Assembly: GCA_002189035.1 (NCBI GenBank)
Contig: NEEC01000008.1
Span: 3,286,001-3,350,000 of the forward strand
DNA: 64,000 nt
Direction of reading: 5' to 3'
From: Utricularia gibba
Taxonomy: Eukaryota > Plantae > Magnoliophyta
Shown here: piece by piece, positions 38,118-49,734 of the stretch
Position numbering within the stretch: the stretch's first letter is position 1
Layout: each line of letters starts with the position of its first letter
Program-made: the position numbers and the translations under genes
The notes under the pieces: model-generated
Told to the model about the DNA's origin: nothing
Databases searched by the model: none
Seen by the model: only the letters and a program-made list of their open reading frames with translations

Positions 38118-38147
38118 AACCCCAACCCCAACCCCAACCCCAACCCC
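38118..38147. repeat. (AACCCC)5 / (GGGGTT)5 hexamer tract
   Basis: Five perfect AACCCC units read directly from the sequence. Confidence 0.9.
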
Positions 38148-38377
38148 ACTTCGTTCCGAGATGAAAATCGGCTAGTGGAAGTCAAATGGCGCACATGGGT
38201 TTGGGAGATCGACTGGTGTTTGAATAGTCAGAACCTGGATCCCTTTTCCTCTGTGTGGCTCCGTAGACTTTGCCGACTAGGGAAGATTGACCATTTCCTC
38301 TGGAAGATTTGTTTTATTTCACGATTCCCAAAAGAGGGTTAGTTGGAAAAAACGAGCTGCTATTGGCGTGCAAAATT

Positions 38378-40371
38378 ATGGATTCGTTGGCGCCGCCGAG
38401 GCCTCAGGGTACGACAGCCACCGGCGCGGCGGAGCTTGTCAGGGCTTACCGGGTCTGGGAAGGCAGCAATGTAAGTAACCCCCTTGTGCTTAAAACATCT
38501 TTTTTTTTTTCTTGGGAGTTTGATATTGGGGGGGTTTTTAGATCGTTTGATCTGGGCTTCTTGTTGAAGCTTTGAATTTCATTTGCAATTGCTAGGCTTG
38601 GTATTGGATTTATCTGTACGAAGTTGGAAGCTTTGTTCTTGAATTTTTATAGGGTTGAAGTTGTATGATAACTTTCTTGAAGTGACTTGATCACTTCAAA
38701 GAAGCACAATTGATGCCTTGAATCGATCATACTCATGTACCTTGGTAGTTCTTTGTGAGAAATGTTATCCAGATTCGTCTGTGTTGGGAAGTCGGTGCAG
38801 CACAACAATTCCATTCTGTAATTCTGAGTTCGTTTGTTTCAGATATTTTGCCTTGGGGAAGATTGATTTTTGGGCCCGACGCAAGATCGATCTTTACTAC
38901 CATATCCTTGATCGTTGCTCCTGCTGTTGTCTTTGGTGTCTGGATCGCAAGAGAGTTGATGAATGATTTCTCCAACCACCGGGGTATTGCAATCATGGTT
39001 GTGTTTGTCGTCCTCACAGTGTATGTAAGTCCTGTTTCCCCCCTTAAATTCTTGCATCTTCGGATATATGGGCTGGTTCAGAAGTTATGTAAACTCAGCT
39101 TCTAACAGAGGTGATGAATATCTGATGTATCATGAAATTTATACCTCAGAATTCGAGTTTATTTGTGTCATTTCTTGGGTTTTCTGCAATCTATCTTGCA
39201 CGAGAAATATTGAATGTTGTTACCCTTAGGTGCAAACGTCCATTTTTTCTGAACTGAATGATGTACATAAGTAGCATATATTCATCAACACAGAAGTACA
39301 GAAGGAAAACATTCTTTTCCTGTAATCACTTGCAGAACTTCTTATCTCTTTTGCAGGTTCTTGTGGCTCTTTTACTCACCTCCGGACGAGATCCAGGAAT
39401 CGTTCCTCGTAACGCTCAGCCTCCAGAGCCTGAGGATCAGTCGCATTTGTGGTCAAGACGGGTACCCAGGATACCTCCAACAAAGGATGTAATCATCAAT
39501 GGAGTCACTGTGAAGATAAAATACTGTGATACATGCAAGCTCTACCGGCCTCCACGCTGTTCACATTGCTCCATCTGTGACAACTGTGTGGAGGGGTTTG
39601 ATCACCATTGTCCCTGGGTGGGGCAGTGCATCGGCCTGGTACTATTCTATCCTGCCTTGCTCCATGATGCATGCGAGTCGTCCTTGAGAAAGCTATCCTG
39701 CTTTGTTTCTTAGTAGAAAATTACCTGGTTTTCTTGAATTGGGATGCAGAGAAACTACAGATTCTTCTTCATGTTCATATTCTCGGCGACGCTTCTTTGC
39801 CTGTACGTCCACGCCTTTTGCTGGGTATTAATCGTGAGGACCAGGCATTCCGGGACGATATGGAGCGCGATGATCAAGTCGCCTGCAACCATTGTGCTGA
39901 TTATCTACACTTTTCTAGCGCTTTGGTTCGTGGGTGGCCTCTCAGTCTTCCATCTCTATCTCATCAGCACAAACCAGGTAATTTTGAGTTTGACATGAAA
40001 GCAGCCAGCTCTGGAGTAGCATTAACATCATTCCTCATCCATGGCAGACGACCTACGAGAACTTCAGATACAGATACAGCAGAAACGCAAGCCCCTACAA
40101 CAAAGGCATCGCCAGAAACTTCCTTGAGAAATTCTGCACACGAATTCCTCCATCCAAGAACAACTTCCGGGCCAAGGTTCCCAGGGCGCCCCTGATGCAC
40201 TCCCTTTCCCAGGGGTCGAGTCTCGTCAGCTCCACCTTCCTGATGAATTCGAGACGGGAGCAAGAGCGGGAGCATGAGCAAGAGCTGGGAAAGTCGAATC
40301 GGGTGTCACTGGAAAGCGATGAAGATGATGGGCTGCCACATAAATGGCAAGAAAAGCCTCTGGTTAGCTGA
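38378..40371 (+). CDS. PAT: DHHC protein S-acyltransferase (frame break at 38855-38858)
   Basis: [11 protein letters not shown]|..[58 protein letters not shown]|[11 protein letters not shown]-like SPYNKG. Confidence 0.92.
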
Positions 40372-42877
40372 GGGAAAGCAGGGGCGAGAGGGAACTGCGA
40401 GCCTGCTTCCCTCCCTGCTAATGTATATAAGTAAGTTTGCCTTTTCTATTCTTCTTCTTCTTCTTGGTTTCAAAGTGTACATTTCTTCCTTAAACAGCAG
40501 CACTATATGAGTCCCATGTACCAGAAATAATGAGTGAATCTTCCCTTTTTTGAGTGATTTCTTTCCCTTTCTTCATAATTTTTCTTTCACTAGTTTCACC
40601 GTACAACGACACTGGATTCCCAGAACACCATATTAAAAAAAACAATAAAAAGAATTTAAAACAACAAATTGATATAAAAGAGAGGGAAAAAAAAAAGAAT
40701 TTACTTTATCATTGATATTATTGTTGGGGTTGGGCCCAAATATTGAAAAAAAAAAAGAAAAAGAAAAAGAAAAGAAGCAATGTTCTTGTACCAAAGGCAT
40801 CTTTGAAAGTATTAGAAATCTGGCCATGCTATTTTTGAATGTGTGATCAAATTGGGCATTATACTCAAAAAATTTTGATTAACTGTATGTGAGAGAATGT
40901 AATAGTGAATAATTTTTAAATAATCCAGACACCTCTACATATCCACCACTTTATTTTCTTGGAAACTCAATTTCAGCAGCAAGAGAAAGGGTTGCTCCAA
41001 TCATTTCTGGATATGCTACAAAATTCTGATCATCATCCACTTTAATAATCTTTATTTTTTGTATGTGTGTTTATACATATTATTTAAAAATGAATACAAA
41101 TGTAAATATTTTGATTGATCATCATTCCACTTACTTACTCTATGGAGGAGGCTGAGGGGGCAATGTCATTGATTGCGTAACGGTTGGAGGAGCAGGCAAT
41201 TGGATTTGGATGAGATGGAAATGGAGTGGACGTGGCGTGGCACCTACTCCTACTCCGACTGCTCTCCCTCCGAATTGGAGCCTGGAGGTGGTTGGGAGCT
41301 GGGAGAAGTGTGCGGGGAGAGATCTCTTCCCAAAAACGAAAAAGGAGTGTCACTTGCTTGGTTACCTGATTCCACAATCGCCATTTACATGATCCATATG
41401 AGATGAATATTCAATGTATTTGAAATGAAACGTAAATCGTCAACTATATGAGAAATTGTGAATCAGATTAAGCATAATCTTTATTAATGTTACTCTCATT
41501 AATATGTAGTTAGATTTCAAGTACGTTATCCTAATTCATCATATTCTTAATTTCAATACCAACAAAACACTTACTCGGAACATCAATTCTTCCTCGTGCC
41601 GCAGGAGGCGAGTTGAAGCTAGAGATTGACCGCTTCCATCCATTTTTGTATCAAAATATTGCATGTTAGAATACATAATTTTATATCGAAAAATAAAATA
41701 AAATAATTAAGTATATAAAAAATTATAAATCATAATTAATTAATTAGATTTAATTTTTTATATTATAATATATGTTTCTTGTGAATTTACGTATGTTCGT
41801 CCGACACCTACCCATTAGCGACAGCGAGTAGAAGAAAAGCGTTTTCTTGTGTGTGTGGACGACTGTGGAGCGAGGGCGGGGTTGAAGCTGTGGTGCATGT
41901 GCATGCATTAACACAGCGTACGATGGGGGAGTACATTCGGGCCACCGCACCGCTGCAGCCTCTCACAACCAGTCGCTTCCTTCCTTGAGCACCGGGCCAT
42001 GCTCGCCTATCCTCTTCAATGCGTTTTTCCCTTTTCCATGGATGCAATGCAACAACACGACACAAAGACACTCATCAAATTCTGACCTAACAACCTTTAC
42101 CAATAGCAACTGCACTTTTGATAACTACTAAAAACATAATATAATTTAAATAAGGTATATCTAACTATTTCATTTTTAAAAATAAAAAATTGATAAAAGA
42201 ATAATTGCATTGTAAACCCAACTCCCATATGATTGGGATAGTTGATAATACTAAGATTAAGAATTCAATGAGTCTAGCAAGCATACAATAAGTTTAAGTA
42301 TATAAAAAAATATTAGATTTAATCGATTAATTACGATTTATATTTTCTTATTTAATTGATTATTTTACTTTCAAATTTTGATCTAAGAGTATTTATTTCA
42401 ATAGAGCTAAGTTTGAATCAAATGGATATCTAACACATTGTTGCAATAAAATCTTTGTCTCATCATTTTTGATGAAAATTTAATTTTGGATAATGCCCAA
42501 GGAATGAATTGTCTTCATCAACCCAAACATTGAGACCAAGCACATCATGTGGTGTGGCTTTGGAGTGATTTAGGGTTTTACGAGTTCAGAAAATTATTTG
42601 AAAAAATAAATTAATAACCTTAAAAAAGCCCAACTAAAATGGAAATTGGTGTGTCACCGGTTGGCTCGGGTTGGAGACGCCGGTTCAGTTGAGCCGCCGC
42701 TTGTGTTTTTTTTCAGACAAAAACAGAAAACAGTGTCGTGTACTTGCTTCGCTCGCTTCCCGAAGGCCCCCTTCTTAAACACAAACATCCCTTCGGCATC
42801 ACAAGGCGGTTTTCCTTAGAAAATAAACACTGCAGAAAAAGGAAGTTCTGTAATTTTTCCGATTCCTCCACCGGAAA

Positions 42878-43810
42878 ATGGCTGGAAATCCGCCGGTGAG
42901 AAGTCTGAAACCGGGGCTTTCAGCTCAGATTCCTCTGAGAGTCCTCGCGATCGCCGCCGCCTCCATCGCCGCGTGGCTGATGATCACAGACGTCGACGTG
43001 GAGGATGTTTACGGGATCCAGTCCGCTGCCCGTTACGAGTACATCGACGCTTTCAGGTAACCATCTTTTCAAACAGACATGAATTCATCGTAATCGAACT
43101 GTCTGAATTTGAGTTTCAAGATTTTTTTATTTGATTTCTTTTTAAATACAGAATTTTCTGAATCGTCGCATACTAGTTTATTTTCTCACTGTTTTAGTGT
43201 ATAAAAATATTATTATATGATGTTTTTCTCTAGATTTAACATGAAAATATGCAGATGAATTGTTTTTTATTTTTCAGCTGATAAAAAGGGATTTTTTTTT
43301 TCAGGTTCATTGCACTGGCGGATCTCATAGCAATCGGCTTCTTGATTGTGTCACTCCTTGTGATTCTGGGAACGAAGCGGCTGCACCCAAAATTCTACTT
43401 TTTCCTATTTCTTCTTGATTTGGTATGCTCTTTTTTTAAAAAATAAATAAATTGATAAAAAATAAAAATAATTTGCAGATATTCTAGAAAATTGTAAAAA
43501 TTAATGCATAAATAAATCTTTTTACTTTGGTTATCAGATCGTCAGCGATGTATTGCTGGCGGGATGCGGAGCAGCTGGAGCGATTGGGGCCGTCGGAAAG
43601 TACGGCAACTCGCACGCCGGGTGGATCGGAGTGTGTGACCATTTCCCGAAGTTCTGCATCAGAGCTGCCATCTCCATTTTTTTATCCCTTTTGAGCGTCG
43701 TCTTCTTTATCCTTCTCATGATCGTCTCATGGAATAGCCGACTACCTAGCGGAATGAAAGGCGATGCCGCCAACAGTCATGATGGTGCTAACCAGCGCCA
43801 GTGGCAGTAA
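42878..43810 (+). CDS. CASP-like protein, CASPL1 group, 3 exons
   Basis: LRVLA...ARYEYIDAFR|FIALAD...FFLFLLDL|...GCGAAGAIGAVGKYGNSHAGWIGVCDHFPKFC; four-TM MARVEL-like layout. Confidence 0.88.
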
Positions 43811-43910
43811 GCTGGTGCATGGCTTGGATGTGTATGCGTATGTTATCTGAATCTTTGGTGATTTTAGACACTGTGTCATCGTCTTTGGATACCAGTACAA
43901 TTTCCGGCAA

Positions 43911-46105
43911 TCAGGCAATCGGTTTGGTTGTAAGGCCGAAGCCGAAGGGGAAAAGGGGGTCGTAGTGTTCGTCTCCGACGTTCATGGGTAACTGATCTAC
44001 TCTTCTGAACCATGTTCGCGGTAGCTTTCCGGTGAAGGGGTAGTCCCCGAAGAGCACATCAGCTACTCCTTGCCCCTCGGTTCCCGGCAGCCATGCAGCC
44101 ACCAGGGCATCGATGTGGTGAAGGTACGGCTCGACTACGAGAGGCCTGCCTGAAATCAAGACTACTACACATACCATTCTGCTACACACGTTATTCATGG
44201 TGCTTAGACCAGGTTCAGGGATTGTCAGATTGTCATTGTCGCCGTATTGCTCGGCGTAAGGCGGTTCCCCCACCGCCACGACTGAGTACGAGTACATATC
44301 CGGCGTCAGCGATTCGACGTCGGGGTTTTCGACGAAGCTTATATCCGTATCAGAGCCAACCGTTTCGGAAATTGCATCCAAGAGTGTGGTTCCTTGAAAT
44401 CGCAAGAGAATTCTATCAATATGACTGCAAGCATTCCCTTAGTTGTTTCTGGTTTAGAGATACCTGTAGTGAGGTTGTTGCCGCTGAGTCCCTGCCAATT
44501 GATCGTCCAACCGCCGCACTGCAATCCGAGATTGTGGGAATGGCTTCCGGCGACGAGTATCCGCGACGCATTTTTCGGTAATGGAAGTAGAGGATTATTC
44601 GGGTCGTTTCCGTTCTTCAGGAGCACCAACGACTTTCTCACAGCTTCCCTCGCCAGGTCTCTGTGACGCTGGTTGCCAATCTCAGGAATCAAACTGTAGT
44701 CAGCTAATGGATTTTCAAACAGTCCCATGGCGAACTTCACTCTCAGAATCCGACGAACCGCATCGTCTATACGACTCATCGCAATCCGATTGCTGTTCAC
44801 GTGAGACGCCATTGTGCTTAGAAAGTAGGTCGCATTGGGCGGCACCATGATCATATCGATGCCGGCGTTGACAGCTCGCATTAGTGAGACAGGGTAGTCG
44901 ACGTCCCAGGGGGTGCTCATCCTTCCGACACCGTCCCAGTCGGAGATGAAGAATCCCTGGCAAGAATCAATATATAAATCAATACAAAAGAAAATGTGAT
45001 TCCATGTCTGACGACATACTCTGAACTTGACGGTGTTCTTGAGGAAACTGGTTATCAGATCGACGTTCGAATGCATCTTAGCGCCGTTCAAACTCGAATA
45101 CGAGACCATGATCGTGGATACGCCTTTGGCAATGGAGTCAAAGTAGGCAAGCATGTGAATGCTCATGAGTCCGGCCCAATCCGTCACTGTGTTGTTCTCG
45201 TCGATCCCCATCGTAGTCCCCCCGTCGCCAACGTAGTGCTTGGCGCAAGCCGCAACCTTGCCCCCCCCCGACGTACGGTACTCCGGCGAACGAGTTAACC
45301 GGATTATCGCCCTGTAAACCCGGGATTATTTCAGTCATTTGTCTCACGACGGCTGGATCCTCCGAGAAGCTCTCGTAGCACCGCCCCATCGTGGATCCCG
45401 GCAAACCTGCATGCCATGGTTCATACTCGTTCATCGTTACTGGATTTCAAGTTACTAACAGTGTTGTATAGTACTCACGGCGATGGATGGTGCGAAGGCG
45501 TACGGAATTCCGGTAGCTCGGGTTTCAAGTGCAGTAGCTGCTCCAATTCTCTTCACCAGATCAGGATCTCTATACTCAAAATCACTCAGAAGATTGAATT
45601 TACTATTATGAAAACATTTTAAAATAATACAAAATTGAAAGATGAACTCATTATCAAACCTCGTGGCGCCAAGCCCAACGTTATGGGGGAAAATGGTGGC
45701 TCTGTAGAGGCTGTTATGGCCGTGAACGGAGTCGATACCGTACAACATGGGGATTCCGAGCCTGCTCGATAAGGCCCCTCTTTGGTACTCATTCACCATG
45801 TCGACCCACTGCTCCGGCGTCGCCCGGGGGTCGTCATTAGGCGAGGCTCCGGCGCCGCTGATAAGGCTACCGATCGAGTACTCTCGCATTAGATCCGCGT
45901 CAGCTTGCACCTTATTGATCTGCGCCATCTGCATTATCTTCTCCTCAAGTATCATTTGGGTCATCAAACTCTCTATTCGAACCCGCATCGGCTGGGCTCG
46001 ATCCATGTACCGACGGTCGACCGGAGCGCCGATCGCCGTCGCGAAGAAAAGCCCAATGACCAAAATGGCAACAGGCGTTTTCCATTCCATAGGAGAAGAA
46101 GACAT
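43911..46105 (-). CDS. GH3 beta-D-glucan exohydrolase / beta-glucosidase with signal peptide (frame breaks at 45384-45387 and 45261-45269)
   Basis: [37 protein letters not shown], nucleophile motif ISDW, acid/base [25 protein letters not shown]; 4 introns. Confidence 0.9.
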
Positions 46106-46932
46106 GATGATGTTCGCTCAAATGTATACTCGCACTTATTTATAGGATGATGGTATGTGCTTCCAGCCTAATATATATTTTAATTAAAAAACATACAAAA
46201 ATATGCCCAATGAGAATTCAACACGCGTCCTATACCTTCACCTTTTCTACGTAGTCCTTGTTTAAGGGTTAGGTCACCCTACGATGCTGGCCATGGGCAA
46301 TAGTACAATATAATAAAAAAACGTTATATTCATTATCTTTTTTAAAAATATTATTTATTGTTTATCTGATATAGAGTTATGAAGTAAATAGATATTTGAT
46401 AGGTGCTTCAATATTATTTAATTTCAATTAGATGGACTGAATTGAAAAGTTTAATTTTTATGGGGGGCCCAATATAATTTTAAAAAAGTAATGCAAGATT
46501 AATACAGTACTATACAGAGTACTAATAGTCGGCCAGGCTGCGAAGCTACCGGATGAACTAACTGCTAACCGGTAAAGCACTTAACCAATCCATTACAGGA
46601 ACTGCACTATAAAATAGAATCAATTTTAAAATTTTATTAATAGATTTAGTTTTTAAATATACAATTATTATTATAAAAATAAAATTTATTTTATTTGAAA
46701 TTGAATAGTATAATTTTAAACTATTTTTTAAAAAATTTTTATTTAATCATTAAAACTTAGTTTAAAGAATTTAATAATTGTTAAAGCTAATTTCCAAATT
46801 TGAATTTTCATTTTTTATAAAATAAAACAAGTTTAAAATTTATAAAAATTAAATTTAACGAACAAGCTCTTGATCCCATCTTTCTCCGATTATTGAGATG
46901 AATATATAATTAATTAGTTAATCAAATAGTCA

Positions 46933-46936
<4 letters not shown>

Positions 46937-46966
<30 letters not shown>
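46937..46966. repeat. (AT)15 microsatellite
   Basis: Perfect dinucleotide run upstream of LCBK2. Confidence 0.95.
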
Positions 46967-46971
<5 letters not shown>

Positions 46972-47090
46972 AGGAGCATGGTACTTCCTTTGATGATGAC
47001 GATAGTCTATGGATTCTTGCGTGTAGAAATGACGAACTTATCTTCCCTGTAAAACGTTGCTCTTCTCCAGACTCGAGAGGATTTTCGTTC

Positions 47091-49172
47091 ATGGCTAAAC
47101 TCTCCTACATCACTTCACAATTGCCTTTAGCGCCGGATCTCCCCGCGGATCGCTCCGCCACCGCCGCATCCCGCCGCCCGAATATCGTCTTTGTTGTCAA
47201 TCCCCGAGGTCAGCTCTCGTCTGTCATGCGCTCAATTGCTTTTTATAGTGAAGATAGAATTTAGTGCGATTCGCAGGGGCGAATGGGAGGACTGGGAAGG
47301 AGTGGAAGAAGCTGTTGCCTTATTTGAAGTATCGCCTTGACTCGGATTATAACGTGAGTTGATTGTGTGAGTACTGTTTCTTTTTAACCTCTCTTTCGTT
47401 TTTTTTTTTAATTTTGTCAATTGTGGTCAATTTGTTGCTTAGATATGTGAATCGTTGACTTCTGGACCTCTTCATGCTGTTGATATCACAAGGGAGGTGA
47501 GGAATTTAACTTTCCATGTGGTATTTACTTACTGCTGCAGATTTTTCGGATTTGGGAATGTTGATTTCGAATTATATATCAGGCTATACGAGAAGGTGCC
47601 GATGCTGTGATAGCCGTAGGAGGGGACGGGACACTCCACGAGGTTTACTTGTCTGTTGTGCTGTAGAAATAATTTGTGTTTCTTGCAGCTCCCATTAGTT
47701 TCAAAAGAGTGTTGAATTAACTGATGTTGTGATGACTTTGTTCTCTCTTGTCTCTGCATTACTGTTTTTATCTGATGCTTGCAGGTGGTCAATGGATTTT
47801 TTTGGAATGGAAAGCCCATTCCTCGGAATGATCAAAGAGCACGTTCAACTGCTCTTGGTGTAAGTTTCTATAGCCGTGCCATTGTTATGTGTTCTGTTCA
47901 AAAATGATGTTTCATTTCTTAACTGCAGCTTCTTCCTCTAGGAACCGGTTCGGATTTTGCAAGAACATTTGGCTGGTCAGTTCAGAAGCTCAGTTTTAGT
48001 ATTTCTGAATTGCTAACAGTTCTTATTGTTTCTTTTTTGACTCAATTACACTCTTATCATTATTGCCCATTCTTCCTCAGGGAAAAAGATCCTCGTGATG
48101 CGATTGATTGCATTGCAAGAGGCAAGACAATTTTGCATAGAATTCTTCAGAGCTGAATCAATGTTCTTCTCTTAATGGTTGTTGGAAAGTATTCTAAGTG
48201 CTTCTGTACTCTGTTTCAGGGAAAAGATCTCATATCTCTGTTGGAGTAGTCACTGGGGAAAATGAGGAACCCCATTACTTCATAAATGTTGCCGACATTC
48301 ACTTGTGAGTCGGCAACATTTTGTTAGTCTAAGAAAATGTGACTATAGTGAAGTTATATTCTAATATGTCCCTCAAAACCAAACTTCGTAGGAGTGCAAA
48401 AGCTGGTTATTTTGCTTCACGGTATAAGAAGCTTGGAAAATTCTGCTATGTCATAGGTGCCTTGCAGGCATTTCTAGGACATCAGAATCGTGACCTCAGG
48501 CTGCGGGTACCCGTCTCTTATTTTTTTGGGTATTTTGTACGTTAATGATGTGATAAATTGCATACCTCTTGATATGAATCTTTTTGGCAATCCGAACATC
48601 ATGAAGGTTGATGGTGGAGACTGGGAAACGTATTCTCAAGTGACAGCTCTTTGTGTTGGGAATGCTAAATATTTTGGTGGCGGCATGAAGATTACCCCAA
48701 GTGCTCATCCATCCAGCAACACCTTTGAGGTCTTCTCTATCCCTTGAAATCCTAACCTTAAAAGAGATGGGGCTGGCCTTCATCGCCTGATTTGCATTTT
48801 TGTTCAGGTGGTAATACTTCAGAACTTCAGATGGTATGACTTCATCCTTAAACTACACAAGCTATACAATGGCACTCATGTAACAGTGAAAAACGTGTTG
48901 TCAATGAGGTACATACCGCAATAACCTGATATCAAGAAGCTTTTAAATTTTCTTGTTGTCCAGAGAAACTGAACCTCCATACGGTGACACTGTTGTTCTA
49001 GTTGTGCAAATATGTTCTTGATGGACAATTACTTGTTGACAGTGCTCAGTCACTCGAAGTCCAGGAGGCCGCTCGCAGTGACAGCATTTTCGTCCAATCC
49101 GATGGAGAGCACTTGGGGTTTCTCCCCAGAAAATTCACCATTCTTCCTGCTGCTATTGACATGATATGCTAG
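47091..49172 (+). CDS. LCBK2: Sphingoid long-chain base kinase 2 (DAGK family); start codon uncertain
   Basis: [71 protein letters not shown]; one GC-AG intron. Confidence 0.9.
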
Positions 49173-49489
49173 CATGCTGCAAGACCAGTTCCTTAACATC
49201 TGCCTGCGATGAGGTGAGCTTTTCTCACACAGCACTCAATCTGAGAAGCTAGAGCTTTCATTTCTGTGGCTCCAAGTCAAGGAAGGTCATGGAAGCATTA
49301 GTCCTATTTCGGAATGCTTGTCTTGATCTTCTTGTTCTGATTCTGCAAACAGGTTATTGATCCTATCTGCTTCAACAGCAAGGGAATTCTGACCAAGTTT
49401 GCTCTTTCTTGTAAACGGATGTCTGAAAAATGTATGTTAGTAAGCCCAATTGATCATTGGTCCATCCAAACTACAGAAATATCTTCAGC

Positions 49490-49516
49490 TGGGCCCAATT
49501 TGGATATGGGCCCAAT
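49490..49516. promoter_or_regulatory. Paired TGGGCCCA site II palindromes upstream of MSL1
   Basis: TGGGCCCAAT occurs twice in the spacer before a mitochondrial-protein gene. Confidence 0.55.
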
Positions 49517-49734
49517 CCACCGATGTATTTGGATACGCGGCATGGGCACCGGATGAAGCATGTCTTGCGCTGAAAGAAACGGAAATGACGAGGTATTGGC
49601 CTCGGGCTTTCGATGGCGCCGTCTTCCTGGGATTCGGGATTTGTTTGTATTGAGTCTCGAATGAAAGAGATGCAGGTTTGACTGTGGTTTTAATCTGGCT
49701 ATTGCATCTGTGATTGCTGTTGGAGTCCAGTTGA

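Noticed and set aside
41180-41290. miRNA-like hairpin
   Set aside because: Arms pair poorly and match no conserved plant miRNA family I know.
41808-42071. DVL/RTFL-like (ARMYSPIVRCV) or CLE-like (RLQRCGGPNVLPH) peptides
   Set aside because: Motif spacing is wrong, no suitable ATG or signal peptide, and an in-frame upstream stop; similarity is within chance.
46978-47051. Upstream ORF MVLPLMMTIVYGFLRVEMTNLSSL* as a frameshifted LCBK2 N-terminus or uORF
   Set aside because: No recognisable homology; TSS unknown; cannot be supported.
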